53,444 bases of DNA from Alphaproteobacteria bacterium (GTDB lineage Bacteria; Pseudomonadota; Alphaproteobacteria; UBA9219), in NCBI GenBank assembly GCA_028692635.1, contig JAQUWX010000002.1:1-53444 (forward strand). Reading direction: 5' to 3'. The position numbers and the translations under genes were made by a program. Of the stretch, positions 16,188 through 25,720 are shown in pieces. The notes below the pieces were generated by a model. That model was not told the origin of the DNA, searched no databases, and saw only the letters and a program-made list of their open reading frames with translations. Every line of letters begins with the position of its first letter. Position 1 is the first letter of the stretch.

Positions 16188-16341
16188 TCCGGCCTGTGTC
16201 TGCCCACCGATTAAGGAGTACGGCAAAGAGCTTCAGATCAAGTTGGCGTACGAGATCAGGGCCGCTCAACCCAACGCTGCGTTTCCGGATGTGCTGCAAG
16301 ACTATGCCGTGCTGCGCGCACAACTGCGAGAATGCAAATGA
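16108..16341 (+). CDS. small lipoprotein (o-spanin-like), overlapping the previous gene out of frame
   Basis: 77 aa. Signal peptide ending in the lipobox LSAC. Overlaps the previous ORF by 80 nt in another frame, which is the classic overlapped spanin layout. Confidence 0.5.
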   Translation: MPNYAPHLTLLALAMISLSACRTANSNPACVCPPIKEYGKELQIKLAYEIRAAQPNAAFPDVLQDYAVLRAQLRECK

Positions 16342-16421
16342 CGATGTTTTTCATTTTCTGAATTGTGAAAAAACAACGGCGGCATTATATTGTAACAGGA
16401 AAAAACGAAGCGAGGATCGCC

Positions 16422-16778
16422 ATGACGAAATCAGTGAAACCAAGAAGCAAACGAAAAGAATATGAAATTCTGACGCCCTGTTCTCTGGTGCTCAAGCATA
16501 AGGTTATCGCCGAGTCAGCAGAAAATGCGCTTAAAACATTACGCGCGAGAGTCAGAGCTTATAACGGTTCTAATGAGCCGTATGCGCATGGAGCAAAACT
16601 CTGCTTTTCATCATGGCCCGATCCTGGAGAAAAAGGCGAGTCATGGATGATTAGAGGCGGTAACCTACCCAATGACCCGACCGGGAAAACATGCCATTCT
16701 TGGGACGCAGAAAAAATCACGACAAAAGAATTATCCAAGGGAATGACCGAGTCCATGTTCTTTAGGGATAAAGATTAG
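16422..16778 (+). CDS. hypothetical protein
   Basis: The ATG at 16422 has a GAGGA Shine-Dalgarno. The track ORF starts at a GTG at 16365. No recognisable motif. Confidence 0.45.
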   Translation: MTKSVKPRSKRKEYEILTPCSLVLKHKVIAESAENALKTLRARVRAYNGSNEPYAHGAKLCFSSWPDPGEKGESWMIRGGNLPNDPTGKTCHSWDAEKITTKELSKGMTESMFFRDKD

Positions 16779-17002
16779 CTCGGCTGCGCACTAAAAAGGG
16801 TTGTCTTTGCCCTCGCACTAACGTCAAAATCCTATTTAACACAGAGGGGCCGAACCCGCTCAACCATTTTCAGAAAAAGGAAAGCCTCAACGCCAGTCAG
16901 TCATTGAAATTGCCTCTTGCGCAAAAGCGCCGCGCTATTAACAAAGATTCAACACGACTTTCGCAACAAGTCTAATAAATCCATGTATCTTCTTTATCAG
17001 CC

Positions 17003-17040
17003 ACAAAAAGTGGGGGCACAATCGTCTTTTTGCCCCACCG
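17003..17040 (-). terminator. rho-independent terminator of the GNAT gene
   Basis: 8-bp GC-rich stem gtggggca / tgccccac followed by TTTTT on the minus strand, immediately after the stop at 17045. Confidence 0.65.
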
Positions 17041-17044
17041 CAGA

Positions 17045-17536
17045 TTACTCAAATTTAGATCTGCCCCAACACTCGAATTTTCGCATGTCATCTTCTTTCC
17101 ATCTGCAGCGCCAAAAGGCATTACAATCTGATGTTTCAAACCCTAGTTTTTTATAAAATTCCAGTGCACCTGGATTGTTTTTCATAACAGCAAGTTTGAT
17201 ATCTGCTACACACCTCAAGGCTTCCTTTACAAGCTCATACACCAATCTAGATCCTATACACAAACCACGGTATTTGGGGTCAACATACAAATTCTGCAGC
17301 TCTATGCTGCGCATTGCTGATTGACATGCATATGCCCTGTGCCAGCCAATAAAACCAACATCCACCTCGTCCGCCGAAGCTATTCTTGCCGAAAACCAAT
17401 CACAATCACGAATGAGTCTCTCAGGATCTGGCTTTAGGTTGTCCCCGTGATGGTGGGCCAATTTTTCTGCTAATAGAGATAAGGACTCACAATCGGCAAT
17501 AGTTTCCACTTCGCGTATAAATATATCTTTCTTCAT
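17045..17536 (-). CDS. GNAT-family N-acetyltransferase
   Basis: Motif A LYVDPKYRGLCIGSRLVYELV. The ATG at 17536 has a GGGGGAG Shine-Dalgarno. Confidence 0.8.
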   Translation of the reverse strand: MKKDIFIREVETIADCESLSLLAEKLAHHHGDNLKPDPERLIRDCDWFSARIASADEVDVGFIGWHRAYACQSAMRSIELQNLYVDPKYRGLCIGSRLVYELVKEALRCVADIKLAVMKNNPGALEFYKKLGFETSDCNAFWRCRWKEDDMRKFECWGRSKFE

Positions 17537-17770
17537 GCTCTCCCCCTTATCCATATCTGATAGACACCTTATCTAAAGATCGCACAAAATTATTACACAC
17601 ATCAAACCATAAAAAACGATATTTACAACAAATAATTAATATATCCCAACAAAAAGAGCTACAAAGAACAAGCAATAATTGAGGAATTACACACATGTAG
17701 CGGCATTTTATCCTTGGGCTTTAATTTATCAATATCCAAGTTCCGCATCTATGTCTGACAACCGAACCGA

Positions 17771-18915
17771 TTGGAGGTTGTCATGAAAGCGTTTCAAGAT
17801 TTTTTGTTGTTGCTGGCGACAATTCCCGATCCGCGGCGAGCGGAAGGGAAGATGTACAAACTGCCGTACGTCCTGCTGTTTTCGATATTAGCCGTTGTCG
17901 CGGGAGCCAATTCGTATCGCGGCATTTGCACGTTCATCAAAGTTCATCGCGGCAAACTGAACAAGGCCTTTGGGCTGACGTGGCGGAGACCACCGGCCTA
18001 CACGGCAATCCGTTTCATTCTTTAGGGCCTTGACGCCGAAGCCATTGAGGCAGCGTTCCGGCAACACGCCGCGAAGCTGAACGATGATGAAAACAATCTC
18101 GGCGCACGCGCGTTGGCACTGGATGGCAAGACGCTGCGCGGCAGCTTCGATGCGTTCAACGACGTGCGAGCGCGGCAGATTCTGAGCGTCTTTGCCGCCG
18201 ATACGGCGCTGGTTCTCGCGCACGTCGAAATCGACGAAAAAACCAACGAAATCCCCGCGGCCCAGCGATTGCTCAAAGAACTCGACGTCGCGGACAAGAT
18301 TGTCACGCTTGACGCGTTGCATTGTCAAAAAAAACGTTCGAAGCCGCCGCGCAAGCGAACGCGCATCTCATCGTCCAGCTGAAAGACAATCAGTTGGCGT
18401 TGCGCCGGAAGGTGGAAGCCGTCCTTGAAAACGCAAAACCGCTTTCCGGCGTTCACACGGTCGATCAGAAAAGACGCAATCGCCATGAAACGCGGATCGT
18501 CGGCGTGTTCGACGCTGCCGAGGCCGTGCATAAAAGTGAATGGGAACCTTACGTTGCGGCCATCATTCAGGTCGAGCGAACCGTTTATGCGACTGTTGGT
18601 GCGATGGGCCTGTGGCGGTCATCCAGCGAAACGTCGTTCTATCTTTCAAACCGCCCCGTCGACGCCGCAACCGCGTTTGAAGCCGTTCGCAAGCATTGGG
18701 GCATCGAAAACAAACTTCATTACACCCGCGACGTGACGTTAGGCGAGGATGCATCACGTATTCGAAAGAATCCTGGCGTCTTCGCCCGTATCCGAAGCTT
18801 CGCCTACAACATACTGCGTTTTAATCAATCTGGCACCATCGCCAAAGACCGCTTCGCCGCCGCCCTCGGCGGCTTCGACGCCCTGTCCGCAATGAATTAC
18901 TGTGGAGAGCGTTGA
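17771..18915 (+). mobile_element. ISAs1-family (H-repeat / DDE_Tnp_1) transposase gene, inactivated
   Basis: N-terminal IPDPRRAEGKMYKLPYVLLFSILAVVAGANSY, middle LALDGKTLRGS, C-terminal HWGIENKLHYTRDVTLGEDASRIR. There is an in-frame TAG at 18023-18025 and a frameshift in the A8 run at 18327-18334. The segment is visibly more GC-rich than its AT-rich left flank. Terminal inverted repeats were not confidently found. Confidence 0.85.
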
Positions 18916-18935
18916 ACAGCCCTGGGGACTTGAGG

Positions 18936-19844
18936 TTAGCTAGCTGCCTCACAAGACTCCAGAAATTCTTTTACAACTGATAGATATTGTTCAGTCCCGT
19001 CAACAAAGGCCAAATGCCCACTTTTAGGAACAATCGAAAGGCGAGATAACCTAATTTTGGCCTGAGCAATCTTCATGGTTTCAGGGGTTGCGGTATCATA
19101 CTCGCCACACAAAATCTGGGTCGGAACGCTAATCATCGGCAAAAGCGAAAATAGGTCTAGATTCTGCAAAACCCCCGTGCAACAAAATTCACTATTTCCC
19201 CACATTTCCCAATAAATACTCTTATTCGTTTTAATGCGATGTTTTTTTAGGGGTTCAGAATTGTCTGCTGATCTACAAAAAAACATTAAGGAAAACAACT
19301 TTTCCGATTTAGCATATTCGCCATCAAAGCACCCAGAGGACATGCACCTATTAATCGTTTCACCATCTTTTTCGGGTAACTGAGTCATAAGCCTCTTACA
19401 ATCATCTAGCCAGATCTTGGACGAAATCAAAGGAGAAGAAAGAATAAGGCCCTTAAGGAAACTTTTCTGCATCGATGCAAAATGTACAGCAATAGCACCT
19501 CCCCACGAGTGACCGAACAAAATTACTTTTTCATAGTGAAGATAATCAATAAGCTTGCCAACCTCATCTGAAAACCTCTCCAAATTCATCAGTTCAGGAG
19601 ACATGATTGCCGGAGAGAAATGCGATCCGAGTTGATCATAAAACACAACGGGACGTTCATCCGCTAGAGATCCAAGATAATCATACAGAAGGGAATGCGA
19701 TGCGCCAGGCCCCCCATGCACAACAAGCATCGGGATATTGGAAGATTTAGCTGTATCGTGAGGCTCGTAAACGCGATAATGGATTTTTCCACCACAAACG
19801 TCTACAAATCCTGTTTTTTCAAGAGAATGTGCTGCTACTGTCAT
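18936..19844 (-). CDS. alpha/beta hydrolase, proline iminopeptidase (S33) family
   Basis: HGGPGASH oxyanion motif and GHSWGG nucleophile elbow. The ATG at 19844 avoids the 83-nt overlap of the track ORF. Confidence 0.8.
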   Translation of the reverse strand: MTVAAHSLEKTGFVDVCGGKIHYRVYEPHDTAKSSNIPMLVVHGGPGASHSLLYDYLGSLADERPVVFYDQLGSHFSPAIMSPELMNLERFSDEVGKLIDYLHYEKVILFGHSWGGAIAVHFASMQKSFLKGLILSSPLISSKIWLDDCKRLMTQLPEKDGETINRCMSSGCFDGEYAKSEKLFSLMFFCRSADNSEPLKKHRIKTNKSIYWEMWGNSEFCCTGVLQNLDLFSLLPMISVPTQILCGEYDTATPETMKIAQAKIRLSRLSIVPKSGHLAFVDGTEQYLSVVKEFLESCEAAS

Positions 19845-19851
19845 GTTTGGT

Positions 19852-21453
19852 TTAAATCCTTTTGGTAAGACATGCGAACCAGCTAGTCGGAGCACCAGAA
19901 ACGATGCACTTGCTGGGTCTTTGTGGAAAAGCATTCTTTGGAATAAAACTGTTCACTTCACCGACCTCAAAAGATTCAAGCTTATGCACAGCTTCTTCAG
20001 ACAATGTTAGAGGGAAGACCGCGCATTTATTGTTTTGCGCAACATCTACCGCATCAGATAGCACATCACAATGAACGACTTGCTTGTGCATAAACTCGAC
20101 CGTACGGTTTGAATGCATGTCCTTCAGTCTATCAATTTCGCCTGTGATAACCTTAGCAATAGAGGAGTCCAGCTTATCAGTGAATAAGTTGGCCTCAGCT
20201 TTATCGGCACTGCGGTTAATAATCATTTTGAATTTATCGGCATGGTTTCTGCGACCATGAATAAATATTCTTAGAGGAACGGCTTCGTCTTTTGCCTTTT
20301 CGGCCAAAACCTTTATTTTATTCGAATCCTTAATTATTTCAAGGCAGGATGAAACGCCTGCTTCAGCTATTAGGCTCTGAAATTCTTTGGCACAAACCTC
20401 ATCATCTAAGCCGTGAGGTATATAGAACATTTTACATTTTGTGTGCACAAGGTCTGGATGAACAAAAAACGAACCATCACTATTCCATCCGTTCAATAAA
20501 TGAGCAAACATCCCTCGACGAGATATAGCCCCAGTAACATGTTCCGTAAAATATCTTTTGCCGTTTTCTTTGTATTGCACTGGAAGAACGCTTGAAAAAG
20601 AGTGGCCCTGCATATAGAGGCTGAACGATTGAATTGATCCGGAAACTGGCAATATGGTATCTCCTCCTATTGTTAGATAAGAGACGCGGTGCTGATTTGT
20701 CCATATGGGCCGGACTCCAAATACTGTGGGAAGGCAAAGCGCGGCCGATAAAGCTTTTTGCATGTCAAAATAATCCCGCATGCGTTTTTTTGCATGCGGC
20801 ACATTCGGAAAACAGCCATGAAATTCAAAAACGTCTGCATTTTCCATAAGGCGAAACACGCTTGCGCCCCTTGAAGAAGTGTGTGGACGGTAGAAGCGAG
20901 ACTGACGGTACATTTCAATTGGAAGATCCTGCTTGGTTTTTACCATTCTGCGCCAATGGTCATAGATAACCTCCTCTCCGGTTGGACAAAGGCCTGCTCT
21001 TGGTCGCTGACTGGCAAAATCTGAGTCTGTACCAACGTATAACACTTGTTCCTTGAGGGGGATGACCTTCTCGGCGCTTAAAAAATTATTCATAGGAGCA
21101 ATCATAGGATAGTCATATTTTTCGAGACCAGCGTCCGAGTATGCTTTCTCGATTTGTCCTGAAAAACATTGCCAAAGTCTTGTGCCGTTAGGCAACAAAA
21201 CCATACATCCGGGTAAGTCCACACCAGTTACATCTACTATTCCTGCTTTCTTTAGAGAGGCAGAGAAGTCGCCCAAAGTTCGTCTGTTTTCAGTAAGTTC
21301 ATTTTTGGCACTCCTCCAATCTAACAGACTCGGGCTAAGCTGTGTATGTTGCGGTACGACAATCCAATTGTCTGACCAATTACTAGACTCCTCTGCTGCC
21401 TTGAAAAACAAATTTAATCTTTCTAGCGATATACTCATGAAGACATCTCCCAT
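19852..21453 (-). CDS. prolyl-tRNA synthetase paralog (archaeal/eukaryote-type class II core, divergent)
   Basis: 533 aa. PTGEEVIYDHWRRMVKTKQDLPIEMYRQSRFYRPH...FRLMENADVFEFHG resembles the ProRS motif-2 region, and TGAISRRGMFAHLL resembles motif 3. An anticodon-binding-like segment and a C-terminal ProRS-C-like tail follow. Confidence 0.6.
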   Translation of the reverse strand: MGDVFMSISLERLNLFFKAAEESSNWSDNWIVVPQHTQLSPSLLDWRSAKNELTENRRTLGDFSASLKKAGIVDVTGVDLPGCMVLLPNGTRLWQCFSGQIEKAYSDAGLEKYDYPMIAPMNNFLSAEKVIPLKEQVLYVGTDSDFASQRPRAGLCPTGEEVIYDHWRRMVKTKQDLPIEMYRQSRFYRPHTSSRGASVFRLMENADVFEFHGCFPNVPHAKKRMRDYFDMQKALSAALCLPTVFGVRPIWTNQHRVSYLTIGGDTILPVSGSIQSFSLYMQGHSFSSVLPVQYKENGKRYFTEHVTGAISRRGMFAHLLNGWNSDGSFFVHPDLVHTKCKMFYIPHGLDDEVCAKEFQSLIAEAGVSSCLEIIKDSNKIKVLAEKAKDEAVPLRIFIHGRRNHADKFKMIINRSADKAEANLFTDKLDSSIAKVITGEIDRLKDMHSNRTVEFMHKQVVHCDVLSDAVDVAQNNKCAVFPLTLSEEAVHKLESFEVGEVNSFIPKNAFPQRPSKCIVSGAPTSWFACLTKRI

Positions 21454-21472
21454 TTTTCAACACATTTTACGA

Positions 21473-22912
21473 TCATGCCAATGCTTGTTCTTTTTTCGCC
21501 TTGCGATACGAATACAAAAGCGCAACTGATGCCGATGCAAATAAGGTAAACAGAGAACCTCCCACGATAAAGTGCCAATCCTTATTAAAGTTACCCCATG
21601 CAAAAACTGGAAGACCTACGAGGAAGGATACAATTATTCCCCAAAACACACCACCTTCCTTCAGTCGAACGCCAAGGATGGACATGACGGTTGGCAAGAA
21701 CGTAGCAGCTCTAATTTGGCCGTTTAAAAGAAAAAGATGTAATATTTCAATTCCTGGAATGCTAGCAACGCCAATCGAAATAATTGTTAAAAACAACATA
21801 CTTAGTCTGCCAGCCCTTATAGAACCCGAGTCAGTTTCTTTCTTTGACCCCCAACGCTGGATCACATCATGACCAGCCAAAGAAGCAATCGAGGCAAGAC
21901 GAGACTCGATGGTTCCAACAAGTCCAGCAATAATTATTGCGAGAAAAAGGAACACGCCGACAGGACCAACGTACGTGTAAATTGCGTACACGTTTGTATT
22001 TTGGACTGATGGAATTGACAGTTTTGTTCCGGCAGCAATAAACCCTAGCAATGAAATAACGAGTGGAACCAATGCAAAAAACAGCGCCCCGAGTAGGAAT
22101 GATTTTATTACAGTCTCCTTCTTCGCGGAAAAAGCTCTTTGCCAGAAGGATTGGTCACCAAAGGGGCCGTTTAGTAGACCAATCGTCGTTGGCAAGCCAA
22201 ATTCCAAGAACACACGGAGTCCCGAGGAAGAGAATAACGACGTAAAGTTTCCAGAAACGCCGTTAATCCCATCTAGTACAACGTTCACTCCTCCGGCATG
22301 GCTCACGGCAAGAAAAACAATAGGCATTCCAATAAAAAATATTAAAGCCATCTTCAAAATATCGGAAACAACAGACATCTTGAGACCTGACAAGGCGGTA
22401 TACGACAATGCTATAATAGATAATAACATGCTGCTCCAGAACATGGACATGCCTGTCAGCATTTTGATGACGCCTGCACCGGCTACAAGCTGAAGCGAAT
22501 AGGAAGATACGGCCAAGGCTGAAAACTGGAAAAGATAAACGGAATGACAACGAGAAGAAAATCGGTCACGTACAAATTCCGAGAAAGTAAACCCATTCGG
22601 CAGCTTTTCTCTCACTGCCCCAGCGAACCATGAGAAAAGTGCAAGGGATAATACGTTCGGCACAATAAACCAAAATACGCCTATCCAACCTTCGGTGTAA
22701 GCTTTTTGTGCACCTACGAAAAGAGCTGGGGCCCATATCCAAGTTGCAGCGATAGAGATTCCAGACTCCACACAACCAACGTCTCGCCCAGCAAGCAGAA
22801 AACTCACCTTATTACGCCCATATCCTCGAACAAAATAGGTGACGCCGACCATTATCAAAGCGTATATTGCTGAAAGAGCTATTACGTGTAGCGGTTGAAA
22901 TAAGTTTTCCAT
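21473..22912 (-). CDS. sodium:solute symporter (SSS) family transporter
   Basis: 479 aa with about 12-13 TM helices. N-terminal FLLAGRDVG...SIAATWIWAPALF is typical of the SSS/PutP-like family. 19 bp upstream of the ProRS-like gene. Confidence 0.8.
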   Translation of the reverse strand: MENLFQPLHVIALSAIYALIMVGVTYFVRGYGRNKVSFLLAGRDVGCVESGISIAATWIWAPALFVGAQKAYTEGWIGVFWFIVPNVLSLALFSWFAGAVREKLPNGFTFSEFVRDRFSSRCHSVYLFQFSALAVSSYSLQLVAGAGVIKMLTGMSMFWSSMLLSIIALSYTALSGLKMSVVSDILKMALIFFIGMPIVFLAVSHAGGVNVVLDGINGVSGNFTSLFSSSGLRVFLEFGLPTTIGLLNGPFGDQSFWQRAFSAKKETVIKSFLLGALFFALVPLVISLLGFIAAGTKLSIPSVQNTNVYAIYTYVGPVGVFLFLAIIIAGLVGTIESRLASIASLAGHDVIQRWGSKKETDSGSIRAGRLSMLFLTIISIGVASIPGIEILHLFLLNGQIRAATFLPTVMSILGVRLKEGGVFWGIIVSFLVGLPVFAWGNFNKDWHFIVGGSLFTLFASASVALLYSYRKAKKEQALA

Positions 22913-23175
22913 TGCCTCTCCTTGTTCAGCGAACAGCGTTGTTAACCATCAAACTGTAGACCATAATCCTCAAACGTCCTTCGCGTGTGCTTTGTTCTTT
23001 CAATTCAATGAATTGGCGATTGGCCACTAAATTTCCTGTTTAAGTAATGACGGTTCGTTTGGCTTCCCGTATCTTTCCTTCCTCCGCCGAGATCAAACAT
23101 CTGATGAAACCTTTTGGTTCGTTGCCATCAATGACGGGGACAACCCTTTCGTTTGCTTCCTCCGAGTCGATGGTT

Positions 23176-24735
23176 TCAGAAAGCTGGTATATACTTGAAA
23201 GACACTAGAGATATGTTTTCGAAGGAATGCGGAGCCAACCCTGTCGATCCACTAAAAGCATCTCGCCTTGTGAGCGAATGTTGCGCGCCGATTTTGAAAT
23301 TACCATAATCGCCTTTGTAAAGAGACTTCCACGCACCGCCAGTAATCTGCCACACGCGTCTTGTTTGAGCAGCACAAGCCGAGGAGCTTTCAGTTGCGTA
23401 ACAAGTGCCTGTGTTTAAAGAGTAGTTGCCGTATCCAATACCTGTGGCTGTGGTGGAACCCTGCCCATCGTAACTTTCTCTGTTGACCTGTTCAACGCCA
23501 GCATAAGCGAAAATGTCCCACGTTGGCGACGGGTGACCGATCAAGCCGAATAAAGCAGCATAGCCTACAGTTGGCTTGATGTCTCCGGAGGGTGTAAAAA
23601 CTACGTCTGGCAACATGACGGCACCATACCGACCAATGGCCTGCCCAGCCAAGAAGTTCGCTGTGACATCAAGCTTTCCGGATAGTGTTTTGAACAACGC
23701 GCTTGCTCCCCCACTTGCCGCAAAAGCGGTGTTACTCGTTCCGGAATATCGGTTGTGGAAAATTCTCCCTATGCCGAAGACTTCATAATGTCCGATCCCG
23801 TGGTCTATCGCTGCTTTCATCACCACATCTGGAGCTATGTCATCCGATGTGACTACGTTTGCGGTGTTTCCAGTCGCTGGGTTTGCCCCATATGTAGTTG
23901 CAACGGAAGATACGGCATAATTAGTGCTCGGCTGCTCAAACGACAAACCTATCCAAGCCTTTTGATCGTTAAAGTCTTTGACAAATCTAAACTGAGTTTC
24001 TCTCGTCAAAATGGCACCAGGTAGCAAGCCTGCATCCAAAACCATGGGTAAATATTCCGTTCCGGGCGTCATGCCTTTGGCGTTTTGCGTTGCCAAACTC
24101 CATGCTTGTCCAGCAAGTAGATGGAGGCCTAAATCGGATCGATCATAAGAAAGCCATCCTTGCCTGAAACGCGGCGCATATCCGCTGTTTTTCAAAGTAT
24201 TAGAGTTGACTGCAGTTGCGCCAAAATCGGCCTCTACATAACCTGTAAACATGGTATCGGCGTCAGGAGAGCCCTTTGCAGACAGACTTAACCGGGTGTT
24301 GCGCGCTGAAGCACGGTATTCTTGTTGGTGAGCATTGGTATGATTGTCAAAAGGAATGCCAGAGTTCCAGTCGCTTGCTCCATCGTTGCCTTGATTTTTC
24401 GATCTTACAATACCAGTAGCTTCAAAAAAGCCACCAAGAGAAACCTCGACCCCAGTACTTTTTTTAATGGCATCCTTAAGCCGCCCAGACATCAATGTAG
24501 CTGCTTTATCAGAATCCAGCGCCGGAGTTTCTTTCAGCTTTTTTTCTGACTTTTCTGCTTTGATTGCTTTGATTGCTTTGATTGCTTTGATTTCTTGTTG
24601 GATCATATCCATCTGTTTCTCAAGGCGCTCCAACCTTGTTTCATCCTCGGCAAGTGCAGGGGGCGTCATAAACAGCATGCCCAATATAAACGCTACAGAA
24701 AACGTGACGGTACCGAGCAGATGGTGTTTCTTCAT
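23176..24735 (-). CDS. outer-membrane beta-barrel porin-like protein with an N-terminal coiled coil
   Basis: The ATG at 24735 has an AAGGAGAAG Shine-Dalgarno. Signal peptide ...PPALA. Alternating beta-strand pattern. Terminal aromatic YIPAF. Confidence 0.7.
   Translation of the reverse strand: MKKHHLLGTVTFSVAFILGMLFMTPPALAEDETRLERLEKQMDMIQQEIKAIKAIKAIKAEKSEKKLKETPALDSDKAATLMSGRLKDAIKKSTGVEVSLGGFFEATGIVRSKNQGNDGASDWNSGIPFDNHTNAHQQEYRASARNTRLSLSAKGSPDADTMFTGYVEADFGATAVNSNTLKNSGYAPRFRQGWLSYDRSDLGLHLLAGQAWSLATQNAKGMTPGTEYLPMVLDAGLLPGAILTRETQFRFVKDFNDQKAWIGLSFEQPSTNYAVSSVATTYGANPATGNTANVVTSDDIAPDVVMKAAIDHGIGHYEVFGIGRIFHNRYSGTSNTAFAASGGASALFKTLSGKLDVTANFLAGQAIGRYGAVMLPDVVFTPSGDIKPTVGYAALFGLIGHPSPTWDIFAYAGVEQVNRESYDGQGSTTATGIGYGNYSLNTGTCYATESSSACAAQTRRVWQITGGAWKSLYKGDYGNFKIGAQHSLTRRDAFSGSTGLAPHSFENISLVSFKYIPAF
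24557..24592 (-). repeat. in-frame 9-bp tandem repeat (gctttgatt x4) inside the porin-like gene
   Basis: Read directly. It encodes (KAI)x4 within the coiled-coil segment. Confidence 0.9.
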
Positions 24736-24879
24736 TAACTTCTCCTTGAACAGCGGTTTATCAGGGGATCGGCTCCCCACGGTTAATGGGAATACGTGTT
24801 CCTTATTTTGAGATTGAGGCGAGGTCATTTCTTGTTTCTCTTCTGTAAAAAAAGGGTTCGTTGAAATATTATGAAAGTC

Positions 24880-25644
24880 CTATTTAGCCAATGAGCAATT
24901 AAAGTTAACGCCTTGGTCTTTTTCTATTTTTCTATCCATTTTTTCTTCCGCAACAAAATATTGTTCGGATATTTCGTGACTATCCAGCCCCATATGGGTT
25001 AATTCCATGAATCTGCACGCAGTTTCTTGTTGGCTTATAGCCTTTTCATGAAAACACATCTTTCGTCTGATAAATATTAATAGTGCCAAAGCTGTGTTTA
25101 GAAAAAGCATCGTCATCGGATATAACGTTGCCGACCACGAATAAGATGAAAGGGCTGCTAAGATCATTGTATTACTAAGCGACGATATTCCGAATGTAAT
25201 TGGATTTTCTTCAAATGGGTTATAGTAGGCCTTGGCAAAAGTCGGGGAGAAGGCAAAAGCATTAATTAATGAAATCAAAATTGCTGCAATAAGAGGTGAA
25301 GATGTTAGGTGCCAGATAGGGATGATACCTATGGCGATACCAAAAGATACCCAGTCGCCGCGTTTGATATCTTTTTTTCCATAAAACAATGCAATGATGG
25401 AGATTGTTAAACAACCTAGCCCACAAAATGCCGTGGCATATGAGCCGAGTCCTCCGTGCTCTTTCATTTGGATTGCGGCACCAATAAACATGAGTATAGT
25501 CCAGATTATCCAGCTAAGAGCTGGAGGTTTTGTCTTCCCTCTTGATATAGAAAAGATATAATGCCCATAGCTTATAGCCGTTAGGCTAACGGATAGGATT
25601 GCGGCGAATTCCTTTTCGTACATTTTGGTTCCCATCTCCTTCAT
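24880..25644 (-). CDS. integral membrane protein (about 6-7 TM) with a cytoplasmic tail
   Basis: 254 aa with repeated hydrophobic helices. No family recognised. Alternative start at 25623. Confidence 0.55.
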   Translation of the reverse strand: MKEMGTKMYEKEFAAILSVSLTAISYGHYIFSISRGKTKPPALSWIIWTILMFIGAAIQMKEHGGLGSYATAFCGLGCLTISIIALFYGKKDIKRGDWVSFGIAIGIIPIWHLTSSPLIAAILISLINAFAFSPTFAKAYYNPFEENPITFGISSLSNTMILAALSSYSWSATLYPMTMLFLNTALALLIFIRRKMCFHEKAISQQETACRFMELTHMGLDSHEISEQYFVAEEKMDRKIEKDQGVNFNCSLAK

Positions 25645-25720
25645 ATCTGGAAAGGCCTTTTTTCTTTCCTTGAACTACCATTATTCTTTTGTTTGTGGCA
25701 TCCCCCGTTTGGGGGTATTT

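Noticed and set aside
17771-18915. Programmed -1 frameshifting on the A8 run to produce a full-length transposase.
   Set aside because: As far as I know, ISAs1-family transposases are single-ORF. This copy also has an independent in-frame TAG upstream, so simple decay is the better explanation.
24557-24592. Short regularly spaced repeats that might be a CRISPR array.
   Set aside because: They are contiguous 9-bp units without spacers, lying inside a well-supported coding frame. No CRISPR-like repeat-spacer structure exists anywhere in the window.
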